Origin: Candidatus Latescibacterota bacterium
GTDB lineage: Bacteria; Latescibacterota; UBA2968; UBA8231
DNA: 64,000 bases
Direction of reading: 5' to 3'
Assembly: GCA_965219385.1 (NCBI GenBank)
Contig: CBDCNM010000002.1
Location: 1,482,936 to 1,546,935 of the forward strand
Shown: piece by piece, positions 40,664-50,134 of the stretch
How the letters are laid out: each line of letters begins with the position of its first letter
How positions within the stretch are numbered: position 1 is the stretch's first letter
Made by a program: the position numbers and the translations under genes
Notes under the pieces: model-generated
What the model was told of the DNA's origin: nothing
Seen by the model: the letters and a program-made list of their open reading frames with translations, nothing else
Databases searched by the model: none

Positions 40664-41621
40664 GGCCTTCCTCCCTTGGATGAAGTTGCAACGGGTATAG
40701 TATAAAATACCATGCGACAAAGACCAGAGAGCCGGTAATAATACCAAGGCTCAACCACGCGGGCATGTCCGTGTAGCGGGTTACAAAACCTTCCAGAAAA
40801 CCCGCCACCACAAAGATCGGCACCAGCCCGAGCGCGATCTTGAGCCCCTGCCGGGCGCCCCTGCGGAAGGATTGGGCGCGCCCGTAGGTACCCGGGAACA
40901 AGATGCTGTTGCCCACCACCAGTCCGGCGCTGCCGGCAACCACGATCGCCGCTATTTCCAGGGTGCCGTGGATCCACACCGTCAGCAGGGCATCGGCGAG
41001 CAGACCGTTCTCGTAAAACAGGTAGTGGAAGGCCCCCAGCATCACCCCATTGGTAAACAGGATGTACCCGGTCCCGAACGAAAACAGGACGCCGGCGACA
41101 AAGGCGAAGAGCGCAACGCGGATATTGTTTAAGGTAATGCCCAGAAACATATCCACTTGATTCAGGCTTTTGTAGACCGCCAGGGGATCCCCTTTATCCA
41201 TGTTGGACAGCGTCATATTGACGTAGCGGTCCCCCAGGATCAGGCGCACAAAGCCATCGTCGTTGGCGGCCGAAACCACGCCGATGAAAATCGCCACCCC
41301 AAAGATGAGGGCAGCGTAGACCAGCTCTTTGAAAGAGCCTCTGAACAGGTGGGGAAGCTCGCGCGTCCAGAAATTGGACAGACGGCTCCTGGACTCTTTT
41401 TTATTGCGGTAGATTTGCTGATGGACCCTGGCCGTGAGCCCGTTGAGGTACTGGGTGGTTTCGCTTCTCGGGTAAAAGGTCCGGGCGTAGGACAGATCGT
41501 TGGTGAGTTCGATAAACAGCCCGGCCAGGGTATCCGGATCGGTCCGGGTCGAGTCCTTCAACAGCTCCTCGAATTCCTGCCACCTGGGCGCGTTCTGTTT
41601 GAGAAAGACGATTTCTTGCAT
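40650..41621 (-). CDS. Stage II sporulation protein M (DUF95) family membrane protein
   Basis: DLSYARTFYP, NNIRVA, IHGTLE, AGFLEGFVT. Confidence 0.9.
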   Translation of the reverse strand: MQEIVFLKQNAPRWQEFEELLKDSTRTDPDTLAGLFIELTNDLSYARTFYPRSETTQYLNGLTARVHQQIYRNKKESRSRLSNFWTRELPHLFRGSFKELVYAALIFGVAIFIGVVSAANDDGFVRLILGDRYVNMTLSNMDKGDPLAVYKSLNQVDMFLGITLNNIRVALFAFVAGVLFSFGTGYILFTNGVMLGAFHYLFYENGLLADALLTVWIHGTLEIAAIVVAGSAGLVVGNSILFPGTYGRAQSFRRGARQGLKIALGLVPIFVVAGFLEGFVTRYTDMPAWLSLGIITGSLVFVAWYFILYPLQLHPREEGRADH

Positions 41622-41662
41622 GACTGGAGTACTTGGCGTAACGCGAATATCGCCTATTTTTA

Positions 41663-42406
41663 CTACAACCCCTCTTTTTCCTCGTCGTCGCCGTAGGACT
41701 GGCCCTTGAAGATCGCCCTGAGTTCGGCGGCGGATTTGGCCTTCCGCATCAAGCCCATGCGTTTTGCTTCTTCAATTTGCAGGGCCCGCACATTCTCGAG
41801 CACTGCCTCGAGCTGGCCGGCTGGGAACTTGCAGGCCCCGTTCTCGTCCATGTGAATCAACTCGCCCGGACTCACATCCATGCCGGCCACCGAAACCGGC
41901 ACATTCACCGCGTGGACAGCCATGCCTCCGTGCCCCGGGGTGATTCCGCTCAGCATGTACTGGAACCTCATCGGACGGATCTCATCCAGGTCGCGCGAGG
42001 GGCCATTGGAGATGGCGCCGACGCAGCCTATGGCCTTCATGGCGGTGGTCATATTGCCGCCGGCCAGGCCCACCTTGTCGGCGATCTCGGGTGGGAACTT
42101 CTGCTGAAAGACCAGGATCGTCGGTTGGGGGGACGCGTCCAGGGCGTCGAGCACGTCCATGAAATTGAGCCGATCAAAGTCCGGATCGGGGAGGCCGTAA
42201 ACACAGGTCACCGCGTACCCGACCGTTCGGCCCAGCTCGGGGTACATGCAGTGGATGGACTGGTCTGTGTACCAGTTCTCGGTCCAGGGATTGTACAGTC
42301 CGAGACAAAGGGGGTGCGTGGGATAAGTGGCGACGACGTTGGTTATGGACGGTGTATCGAAATTCTTCAGCTCTTCCAGCATTTCCTTTTCATTATCCAT
42401 CATCAA
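41663..42406 (-). CDS. RraA/HMG aldolase family protein
   Basis: VGYAVT, GPSRDLDEI, VSPGELIHMDENG. Confidence 0.85.
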   Translation of the reverse strand: MMMDNEKEMLEELKNFDTPSITNVVATYPTHPLCLGLYNPWTENWYTDQSIHCMYPELGRTVGYAVTCVYGLPDPDFDRLNFMDVLDALDASPQPTILVFQQKFPPEIADKVGLAGGNMTTAMKAIGCVGAISNGPSRDLDEIRPMRFQYMLSGITPGHGGMAVHAVNVPVSVAGMDVSPGELIHMDENGACKFPAGQLEAVLENVRALQIEEAKRMGLMRKAKSAAELRAIFKGQSYGDDEEKEGL

Positions 42407-42590
42407 GACCTCCTTTAACGTTAAAGTCTTTGCGTTGTTACCTTGAATTGCGAGGGGATAATACCGCCGCAGCGACAGCCTGTCAAGGTTGCCTGGACAA
42501 CCATAATGATACCGGCATCAGGCGGACGCCTTGTGCTGCATCCGGGTGCAGTCTATATTTCCCAGTACCAACTATCCAAAAGGCAACCAG

Positions 42591-43889
42591 ATGAAACCGC
42601 ACACCCCCTTCATCACAACCACCCTCCTTCTCCTCACCGCCCCCACCCTGGCCGACGACTGGCCCCAGTGGCGCGGCCCCACCGCCGATGGCGTCTGGCA
42701 CGAGACCAGCATCGTCGACACCCTGCCCGCACCCCGGATCTCCCTGAGCTGGAAGGTGCCGATCTCCAGTGGCTACAGCGGCCCGACCGTGGCCGACGGC
42801 CGCGTCTTCGTCACCGACCGCATAACCAAACCCCGACAAAGCGAACGCATCCACTGCTTTGCCTGGGATACCGGGGAATTGCTCTGGTCCCGGGAATACG
42901 AAAGTCCCTATCGCAACGTATCTTTCCCGGCCGGCCCCCGCGCCTGCGTGGTCGTCCACGACGGCCTGGCCTACGCCCTGGGCACCATGGGCCACCTCCA
43001 CTGCCTCGAGGCCGCAACCGGTCGCATCGTGTGGCACAAGGACCTCAACGCCCTCTACCAGATCCGCATGCCAGTCTGGGGCATCTCTGCCTCGCCGGTG
43101 ATCTACGACGACCTGGTGATCCTGCAGATCAGCGGCTCGGACAATGCCTGCCTGGTCGCCCTCGACCGCCGCACCGGGGCCGAGAAGTGGAGGGCCCTGG
43201 ACGACGAAGCCGGGTACTCGACTCCTATCTTCATCGAGCAAGCCGGCCGGCCGGTGCTGGCGTGCTGGACCGCGGAAAACGTAGTGGGGCTCGATCCGTC
43301 GTCGGGACAGGTCTACTGGAAGTACCCCTTTCTCCCCCTGACCGGTTCCAAGATGGCCGTGGCCAGCCCGGTCTACGACACCAGCCGCCTCTTCGTCACC
43401 GGCTTCTTCGACGGTGCCCTCATGTTGCGGCTGGGGTCCGACCGCCTCGAGGTCGAAAAGCTCTGGCGCCGCCACGGCGCCTCGGAGCTAAAGACAGACG
43501 CGCTCCACTCCGCCATCTCCACGCCCATTCTGTTGGGCGATTACATTTATGGTATAGGTAGTTACGGCGAGTTCCGCTGCCTCGAGGCCGCAACCGGCGA
43601 CCGGGTGTGGGAAAACCTGGAGATCGTGCCCCGGGCCCGGTGGGGCACGGCCCACTTCGTGCGCAATGGCGACCGCTTCTGGATCTTCAACGAGCGCGGC
43701 GAACTCCTGATCGCCACCTTGTCCCCGGACGGGCCTGTCATCCACAGTCGCTCCCACCTGATCGATCCGACCACGGACCAGCTCAACCAGCGCGGCGGCG
43801 TCACCTGGTCTCACCCGGCCTTTGCCTATGGCCACATCTTCGCCCGCAACGACCGGGAACTGGTCTGCGCCAGTCTCGTCCAACAGTGA
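42591..43889 (+). CDS. PQQ-like (BamB-type) beta-propeller protein
   Basis: Signal peptide, DWPQWRGP, repeated CLEAATG..W blades. Confidence 0.88.
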   Translation: MKPHTPFITTTLLLLTAPTLADDWPQWRGPTADGVWHETSIVDTLPAPRISLSWKVPISSGYSGPTVADGRVFVTDRITKPRQSERIHCFAWDTGELLWSREYESPYRNVSFPAGPRACVVVHDGLAYALGTMGHLHCLEAATGRIVWHKDLNALYQIRMPVWGISASPVIYDDLVILQISGSDNACLVALDRRTGAEKWRALDDEAGYSTPIFIEQAGRPVLACWTAENVVGLDPSSGQVYWKYPFLPLTGSKMAVASPVYDTSRLFVTGFFDGALMLRLGSDRLEVEKLWRRHGASELKTDALHSAISTPILLGDYIYGIGSYGEFRCLEAATGDRVWENLEIVPRARWGTAHFVRNGDRFWIFNERGELLIATLSPDGPVIHSRSHLIDPTTDQLNQRGGVTWSHPAFAYGHIFARNDRELVCASLVQQ

Positions 43890-43939
43890 GACATCCTCAA
43901 TCAGAAAAGCTTAAACACCGGTATCCAGCAGGGGGCCAC

Positions 43940-44056
43940 GACCGACCCTCTGCTGCGCGTGGTCGCCCTGGACCGGCAGAGCAGCCCCCTCACCCAAAAA
44001 GAAAAAGAGGCCCTGATCGCCTTCCTGAAAACCTTGTCGGATCCGGATTTTATCCG
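43940..44056 (+). pseudogene. Di-heme cytochrome c peroxidase C-terminal remnant
   Basis: LTQKEKEALIAFLKTLSDPDFI. Confidence 0.5.
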
Positions 44057-44246
44057 CTTTCGGCCGGCCCCAGCCCACCTGGTCGTCATCCGCCGAACAG
44101 ATGGTGGGGACCCCGGGGTTCCATATCTGGGAAGCCCCCGGTCTGGTCGCCGATGTCCAGAGGTGGGCCAACCAGCCAGCGCGGCTTCTCACTCGATCGG
44201 GAAAAAAATAAACACTCCATACCATTGCAACAAAGCAGGCATAAAC

Positions 44247-45524
44247 ATGGCCAAAAAAACACTTAAAGTAACCATCAGCGGCACGGGCTTTGCCGGAGAC
44301 TACACCGCCCGGGTCTACGGCATGATACCCCACAAGAACGGGGTGGAAATCGAGCTGGCGGGAGTTTGCGCCGGCCACCTGGAAAACGCCCAACGCTTTG
44401 CCGAGAGACACGGTTTCACCCGGGCCTTCGAGCAGCACCTCGACATGGTGCGCCTCGTGCGTTCGGACATCGACAATATCGCCTGCGCCAACTACAAACA
44501 CGGCCCCTACGTGATGGAGGCGGCTGCGGCCGGGGTCAAGGTGATCGTCCTGGAAAAACCACCGGTCATCTGGCCCGGTTACGACGAAGGACGGGAGGCA
44601 AATGCGGCAATCCGCAAGCAGGAGTCCATGGCCTACCTGGCCACGGTGCTCGACGCGGTGCGCCAGCACAAAGCCAAGCTGCTCTACGCCGAGGACTTCG
44701 TCTACGTCGATGGGGTAAAGGGCCTGGTCGAGGTGATGGGTGAGGCCATCCACACCGGCAAGGGCAAGATCCTCCACCAGCGCGGCATCTGCGCCCACCA
44801 GGGCTCCCACGCCCCGGCCTACGATACCCCTGCTCTATCGGGGGGCGGGGCGCTCTTCAACAAGGCCTGCCATCCCCTGGGGCCCATCCTCTATCTCAAG
44901 CAGGTGGAGGGCATCCTGCAGAATGGAAAGCCGATCCGGCCCCTCAAGGTTTCGGCCGTGGCCCTGCAGGTTTTGAAGCACCAGCCCGAAAGCGCCGGCG
45001 AGTATTTCCGCGTCATGCGGAATGTGGACGACTTTGGGCGCGTCACCATCCTCTTCGAGGACCAGACCGTGGCCGAGGTGCTGGGATCCGATCTGAGCAT
45101 CAGCGGCATCCGCAACGAGCTTTCCATCATCGGCGATTTCGGTCAGTACGATATTCGCGTCAATCCCAACAACGCCAACGAACTCTTCCTGCCGGCGGAA
45201 GAGACGGCCGGCGATCTGATCTTGCGGGAAAAATTGCCCACCCCACAGGGCACCTCCTTCCCGGCGCCCAACCAGTTCCACGCCCACGGCTACGTCGGCG
45301 AGATGAACGACGCGGTGGACTGCGCCCTCGAGGACGGACGCTATCCCCAGTCCGGGCCGCTGATGGCCTGGGACACCATGGCCGTGCTCATGGCCGCGTA
45401 CGAGTCGAGCGCAAAGGAGGCGGTCTTCGTGGATGTTTCGGAGTACGTGCGGGGGCGCGGCTTCGACGAGGGCGAAATGCCCGCACCGCATCAATCCGGG
45501 CGGGTATTTCAGAGGCCGTCTTAA
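44247..45524 (+). CDS. Gfo/Idh/MocA oxidoreductase
   Basis: GTGFAG, VLEKP, SGGGALFNKACH. Confidence 0.88.
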   Translation: MAKKTLKVTISGTGFAGDYTARVYGMIPHKNGVEIELAGVCAGHLENAQRFAERHGFTRAFEQHLDMVRLVRSDIDNIACANYKHGPYVMEAAAAGVKVIVLEKPPVIWPGYDEGREANAAIRKQESMAYLATVLDAVRQHKAKLLYAEDFVYVDGVKGLVEVMGEAIHTGKGKILHQRGICAHQGSHAPAYDTPALSGGGALFNKACHPLGPILYLKQVEGILQNGKPIRPLKVSAVALQVLKHQPESAGEYFRVMRNVDDFGRVTILFEDQTVAEVLGSDLSISGIRNELSIIGDFGQYDIRVNPNNANELFLPAEETAGDLILREKLPTPQGTSFPAPNQFHAHGYVGEMNDAVDCALEDGRYPQSGPLMAWDTMAVLMAAYESSAKEAVFVDVSEYVRGRGFDEGEMPAPHQSGRVFQRPS

Positions 45525-45656
45525 AATTCCAGGTGGGCCCAAGGCGCGGCGGCGGCGGCCAGGGCGTTGTCGACATTTTCCCGGACGTCGGCGAGCTGAA
45601 AGATCATCTGCACCGTCCCTACCCTCGCCTCTACCTGACGGGCTCTTTTTTTCTTT

Positions 45657-46628
45657 TCACGAATGCACATTCCTCAAGCGCTTGTACTTGAGTAAATAGG
45701 CCTTCAGCCTGTTGGATACCTTCACGTATCCTTCCCATTTTCTGGCGTAATCACCAAAGAATGAATCGGCCGTAATTTTGTGCAGGACGTTCATTTGATC
45801 AATGTGCAAAAATTGATAGTGGACCGTTGCCGGGTTCAACTTTTCCTGGCCAACGGTTATATCGCACAGGTCGTACTTGGTCCAGAAACCAAGGTCGAAT
45901 AAAGCGACTACCCCTTTGATGGTTTTCATGCCTTCTCGAAATAGTTTTTCCAATCTATCCGTCGCCGCAACCCTGAGCAGATCCTGCAGGCCGAACAGGG
46001 CGAATACCATTCCGTTCAGTACGTGGCACGGCGGATCCGAAGGATACTCCTCGTAAAAGGTGTACCCACTGTATTGATCTCTTATTCCACCGTCCGCTAC
46101 ATCCACTGCAAAAATATCAAATGCCCTTTCCGCCAGATCGAGGTATTTCCGATCCTGTGTTTTCAGGTAAGCTCTGGTCAAGACAGAAGCAGCCCTTCCC
46201 TGGTACATGGCCGAAATCCAGTTTGACTCCACCTTGAATTTTGGCACGGGCACCGGAGTGGACCAGACGACATAATCCTTTAAGCGGGTTTCTTGATTTT
46301 CCACGAACCAATCGGCGAGCCGGATAAACCGCTCCAGTTCCTTTTCGTCTTTTTTCTTCAAGTAATTGTGGTAAACGGCCAGGGCGTATTGCCCGACAAA
46401 ATTTGGATTGTAGTAATAGCGGAATTCTCCAACGTCGGCATGGGTCCGCACCTGTGGGACGCCTTGCTCGTCAAAAAGATAGCGATGGAACTTAATGAGT
46501 TCGTCTTCTTTGAAGATGAAATAATATTCCCTCAACTCGGCCGAGTGCACATCCTCTGCCAACTCGTAGCGAATGGGGGAAAAAAAATCGTTCCAGCCCT
46601 TTCTCGCAAAGTAGATAATGTTTTTCAT
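45657..46628 (-). CDS. D-glucuronyl C5-epimerase C-terminal domain protein
   Basis: WISAMYQG, FYEEYP, HVLNGMVFALFGL, FDLGFWTKYDL, YQFLHIDQ; visibly lower GC than neighbours. Confidence 0.85.
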   Translation of the reverse strand: MKNIIYFARKGWNDFFSPIRYELAEDVHSAELREYYFIFKEDELIKFHRYLFDEQGVPQVRTHADVGEFRYYYNPNFVGQYALAVYHNYLKKKDEKELERFIRLADWFVENQETRLKDYVVWSTPVPVPKFKVESNWISAMYQGRAASVLTRAYLKTQDRKYLDLAERAFDIFAVDVADGGIRDQYSGYTFYEEYPSDPPCHVLNGMVFALFGLQDLLRVAATDRLEKLFREGMKTIKGVVALFDLGFWTKYDLCDITVGQEKLNPATVHYQFLHIDQMNVLHKITADSFFGDYARKWEGYVKVSNRLKAYLLKYKRLRNVHS

Positions 46629-46730
46629 GGCGTTTCCCGCTGCTCTTGCGATGGAACCGGTTCTCCACGTCCAGGGCGTATTCCTCCCCCAAGATCTACT
46701 ATAAGCGCTAAAATCGAACCGGAACGCCAA

Positions 46731-46857
46731 GTTTCAATACCCCAGTAGTCGGGTAAGCCTTCCTGATAGAACAGTAAGCGAGTTTATTACGAGCGAGAGC
46801 GGCTTTGTGTCGCATGTTAAGTTTCAATACCCCAGTAGTCGGGTAAGCCTTCCTGAT
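46731..46857 (-). CRISPR. Array 2, distal part: two 37-bp variant repeats (46731-46767, 46821-46857) and a 53-bp spacer
   Basis: GTTTCAATACCCCAGTAGTCGGGTAAGCCTTCCTGAT (T27G relative to the main array). Confidence 0.9.
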
Positions 46858-47219
46858 CTGACGCGTCCGGCCAGGGATTGGGCGACGGCTTCTTGCAGAC
46901 GCAACCGGTGACTGCCGGTGAGGATGTACTGCCCGCGTTGCTGGCTGCTGTCAGCGAAGACCTGGATGGTTGAGAGCAGCTCGGGTACGCGCTGAATTTC
47001 GTCGATAATAACGGGCGGAGGAAATTGCGAGAAGAAAGCGTGGGGATCGCTTATCGCCAGCCTGCGTACATCGGGTGCTTCCAAGTTCGCATAAACGTGG
47101 TTGGGAAACTGCATACGCGCCAACGTGGTTTTTCCCGCCTGCCGCGGACCGATGATTGTCACCACGGGAAATTCGGTTGCCGTCGCCGCCAATTCTCTGG
47201 CAATTTGTCGTAAAATCAC
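46858..47219 (-). pseudogene. AAA_14/DUF4143-type ATPase, 5' portion truncated at a CRISPR repeat
   Basis: GPRQAGKTT, IIDEIQRVPEL, ILTGS, QSLAGRV, then repeat sequence. Confidence 0.85.
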
Positions 47220-47268
47220 GGTTCTGATCTCTACTCGCGTTGATGCCGTTCAAGGACAAGATAAGAAA

Positions 47269-47309
47269 ATTGGTACAGATTTCAAATTAAACTTTAAATC
47301 TGTACCAAT
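47269..47309. repeat. 14-bp perfect inverted repeat (REP-like hairpin)
   Basis: ATTGGTACAGATTT-13 nt-AAATCTGTACCAAT. Confidence 0.8.
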
Positions 47310-47322
47310 CTCAGACCTACCC

Positions 47323-47351
47323 TTGACATCATATGTTGTCAAAGACATATT
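47323..47351 (+). promoter_or_regulatory. Sigma70-type promoter with overlapping operator palindromes for the TA operon
   Basis: TTGACA-17 nt-CATATT just upstream of ATG 47358; TTGACA..TGTCAA and ATATGT..ACATAT dyads. Confidence 0.6.
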
Positions 47352-47357
47352 TCTCAC

Positions 47358-47715
47358 ATGAGCTGGACAGTCGAAATCGCCGACGAGTTTGAGCCGGAAT
47401 TCGACAGTCTGCATGAGGACGTGCAAACCGAGATCCTAGCGCTGTTGCGGCAGTTCGGGCCGCAACTAGGACGGCCCCGAGTAGACACGCTGAACGGCTC
47501 CCGGCATGCGAACATGAAGGAGATGCGGTTCAGTGCTGCGGATGGATGGGGAATGGCGGCTAGCGTTTGCCTTCGATCCGGCGCGCAAGGCCGTCCTGCT
47601 CGTCGCAGGCGACAAGTCTGGAGTCAACGCCAGATGGTTCTACCATGCGCTCATCCGCAAGGCCGACGAGCGATTCGACCGGCATTTAGCCTCGCTCGCG
47701 AAGGAAGGAGATTAA
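47358..47715 (+). pseudogene. RelE/HigB-like (Gp49-type) toxin, frameshifted
   Basis: GPQLGRPRVDTLNGSRHANMKEMRF / EWRLAFAFDPARKAVLLVAGDK split by a GATG duplication at 47541-47548. Confidence 0.85.
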
Positions 47716-48044
47716 TGATGGCTTTGAACGTGGAAGACAAGATTGCGACGCTGGATCCCGCTCGGCGACGCAAGGTCGAGGATCGGGCGGCAGAACTCAT
47801 TGCTGAGGAGATGACCCTGCGCGAACTGCGCAAGGCCCGGCAGCTCACCCAGGCGCGCGTCGCGCACCAACTCGGTATCTCGCAGGATGGCGTCTCGCGG
47901 CTCGAGCAACGAAGCGATCTGTTGCTCTCAACGTTGCGCAAGACGGTGGAGGCCATGGGCGGCAGCCTTTCGCTCATCGCCAGATTTCCCGACCGTCCGC
48001 CGGTCGAGCTGTCAGGCATTGCCGACGGCGATCCCCGCGATTGA
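47715..48044 (+). CDS. XRE-HTH antitoxin
   Basis: LRELRKARQLTQ..VSRLEQRSDLLLSTLR..AMGGSL; AGGAG RBS; TAATG coupling. Confidence 0.88.
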   Translation: MMALNVEDKIATLDPARRRKVEDRAAELIAEEMTLRELRKARQLTQARVAHQLGISQDGVSRLEQRSDLLLSTLRKTVEAMGGSLSLIARFPDRPPVELSGIADGDPRD

Positions 48045-48072
48045 CGCCCGAGGTGACGTGAACTCCGCTCGC

Positions 48073-48492
48073 ATGGGTATTAAGGCGCTGACTGTCGATG
48101 TCTTTGGCACGGTCACCGACTGGTACTCTACCATTGTGCGAGAGGGTGAGCGATTAGGCTGCGACAAGGGGATTACCGTGGACTGGGCACGCTTTGCCAC
48201 GGCTTGGCGCGGTGGCTATGAGCCCGCTATGGGTCGCGTGCGGAGTGGCGAATTGCCTTGGATGAAGCTTGCGCGGCATTACAAGCCGGACAGGGAAGTT
48301 TACGAGAAGGCGGCGCATCTTCTCGATTTGGAGCCGCCTTCAATCCTGATGGTCGCGGCGCATCGCCACGACTTGGAGGGAGCTAGAGCCGTTGGATTCA
48401 GAACGGCCTTTATTCCACGTCCGCTTGAATGGGGACCGGAAGGCCAAGCAGACACCGCGCAAGACGGAGATTTTGACATAATTGCGCAAGAC
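48073..48492 (+). pseudogene. Haloacid dehalogenase type II with a large in-frame internal deletion
   Basis: DVFGTVTDW...ELPWMKL joined directly to ARHYKPD..MVAAH; central region missing compared with the HAD at 23442. Confidence 0.7.
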
Positions 48493-48602
48493 GACAATCT
48501 GTACGGCCTAACTCAATATAAACCAAATATAAACAAATATGCAAGATGCAACGGAGTACAACCAGGACGCGCTCGCATATGGCGTCGAGGAGCGTTGAGA
48601 TC

Positions 48603-48962
48603 ATGAGCGACCGGAGTTTACAATCGGGCTACTACAGCACAATCACTTACCTCGCCGAGCTTCTGGATGAAGCCTTGGTGCAACTCAAGCTCGCGCGAGG
48701 TGGCGCACCCTCGTCAGAAATCGAAAAGGTCGCCAAGATGTTGGAAGCAGCGGCTAGCGAGGAGCGCCGCGATCTCTCGACTGCATTCCTGCGCTTGATC
48801 CTTCGGGATGAGCTAGGAGAACAACAGCAGGCTTGGCAAGAACTAAGCGTGCGACTTGGGAAGGGAGAGTGCGACGAGCGTGACGTGGAGACGATGGAGC
48901 AGATCGCTGAAGTCGTGGACACAGAGCGGGCATCAGCGTTTCGCAAAATGAGAGGGTACTAG
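48603..48962 (+). CDS. Hypothetical helical protein
   Basis: GAGGAG RBS; coupled to the next ORF. Confidence 0.55.
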   Translation: MSDRSLQSGYYSTITYLAELLDEALVQLKLARGGAPSSEIEKVAKMLEAAASEERRDLSTAFLRLILRDELGEQQQAWQELSVRLGKGECDERDVETMEQIAEVVDTERASAFRKMRGY

Positions 48963-49614
48963 GTGTTCGAGGAGTATATCGATGGAACTCTCGGCGAGCT
49001 GGAACGACGGGCGCTCGTCCTGCGGGCAAAGATTCCGCGAGACCTGCCGCCCTACTATGCCACACTTGTACAGGCGTGCAACGAGCGGCTTGATAGACTA
49101 CTGTCTGTCCTCCGCGACCTGCGCGATAACCCTGAGTGGCAGGATGAGAAACACGTGACGATCCGATCATCGAGCCCTTGCAGGACAGGATGTTGGAGTC
49201 GGCGGCGGTGGCGATGGAACACTTCCACACGCTGGCCGCGCGAAAGGGAAGGTGGTCGTGCTCCAGAGCAAGAGCGAGCTCGGCTGCGGACGTGGGAATC
49301 CTACTGGGGCAAGTATTGGATCTTAGAGTTCTACTGCGACCTGTTCGCCATCTACACCCTCGGGCCAGCCTTCGCGTGGTCGCATGTGCATCTGAGTGCC
49401 AAGCGGGGCGTGAACCCGTACGACTATTTGATGGAGCAACATCCGGCTGACAGGAGTTAAAGAGATCGGATGCCGCATCGCACACGCTGAGTGCAACGAC
49501 GAAATCCATACGCTCCTGAACGAGGCTTGGCAACGGTTCTGGGACAACCCGAGAGAGTACGCCGCCTCGGAGGATCAGAAGACGAAGGAACTGGGCGCGG
49601 CTGGAAACAACTGA
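48963..49614 (+). pseudogene. Eroded hypothetical protein, possibly zincin-like
   Basis: WILEFYCDLFA..LGPAFAW segment among broken frames; no HExxH motif seen. Confidence 0.35.
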
Positions 49615-49781
49615 GCCCAGAACCGGCACCTTCGCATCCTCGATTTGGAGCCACTTTCCCTCACGCTCAAAACACCCTAGTTGGATGGAAGAGCCATCTT
49701 CTGTTTTCGCCCCTAGAGAATACTAGAGAAGCTAGCGGCGCTGGTCCCCAAACCCGGTTCCATCTCCTTTCATATTGATCG

Positions 49782-49901
49782 GTTTCAATACCCAGTAGTC
49801 GGGTAAGCCTTCCTGATAGGATTGTCATGCTACTCCATTTTCGTAGCACCGTGCGCTAAAATGGGTTTCAATACCCCAATAGTCGGGTAAGCCTTCCTGA
49901 T
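49782..49901 (-). CRISPR. Array 2, leader-proximal part: two variant repeats (49782-49817, 49865-49901) and a 47-bp spacer
   Basis: Same T27G variant; one repeat lacks a C, the other has G15A. Confidence 0.9.
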
Positions 49902-50130
49902 GTGGGGAGGATCGTTTTTTTCATAGCTATTTAACCACGACCATTTTACGACTCAGGTTGACTGAACCGGCCCGTAGTTGATAAATGTATATCCCACTGG
50001 CGACCTTTTCTCCCCTTTGGTCTTTGCCATCCCAAACAGCCGCCTCGTTTAGGTTTAAATAGGGGCCTGCTTCACGAAACCCTAAGTCTAATTTTCGGGT
50101 TAAAGCGCCTCTTACATCATAGATATTTAG
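49902..50130 (-). promoter_or_regulatory. Putative leader of array 2
   Basis: AT-richer non-coding DNA; CGACTCAGG after a 47-nt gap from the repeat, as in the main leader. Confidence 0.6.
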
Positions 50131-50134
50131 CGTT

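Noticed and set aside
34789..41621. SpoIIM-MoxR-DUF58-RDD cluster as a new system or sporulation locus
   Set aside because: A widespread conserved operon; SpoIIM here is only a family name.
47358..48044. 228-aa toxin-antitoxin fusion as a novel protein family
   Set aside because: Explained by a 4-bp duplication; the middle part is out-of-frame toxin sequence.
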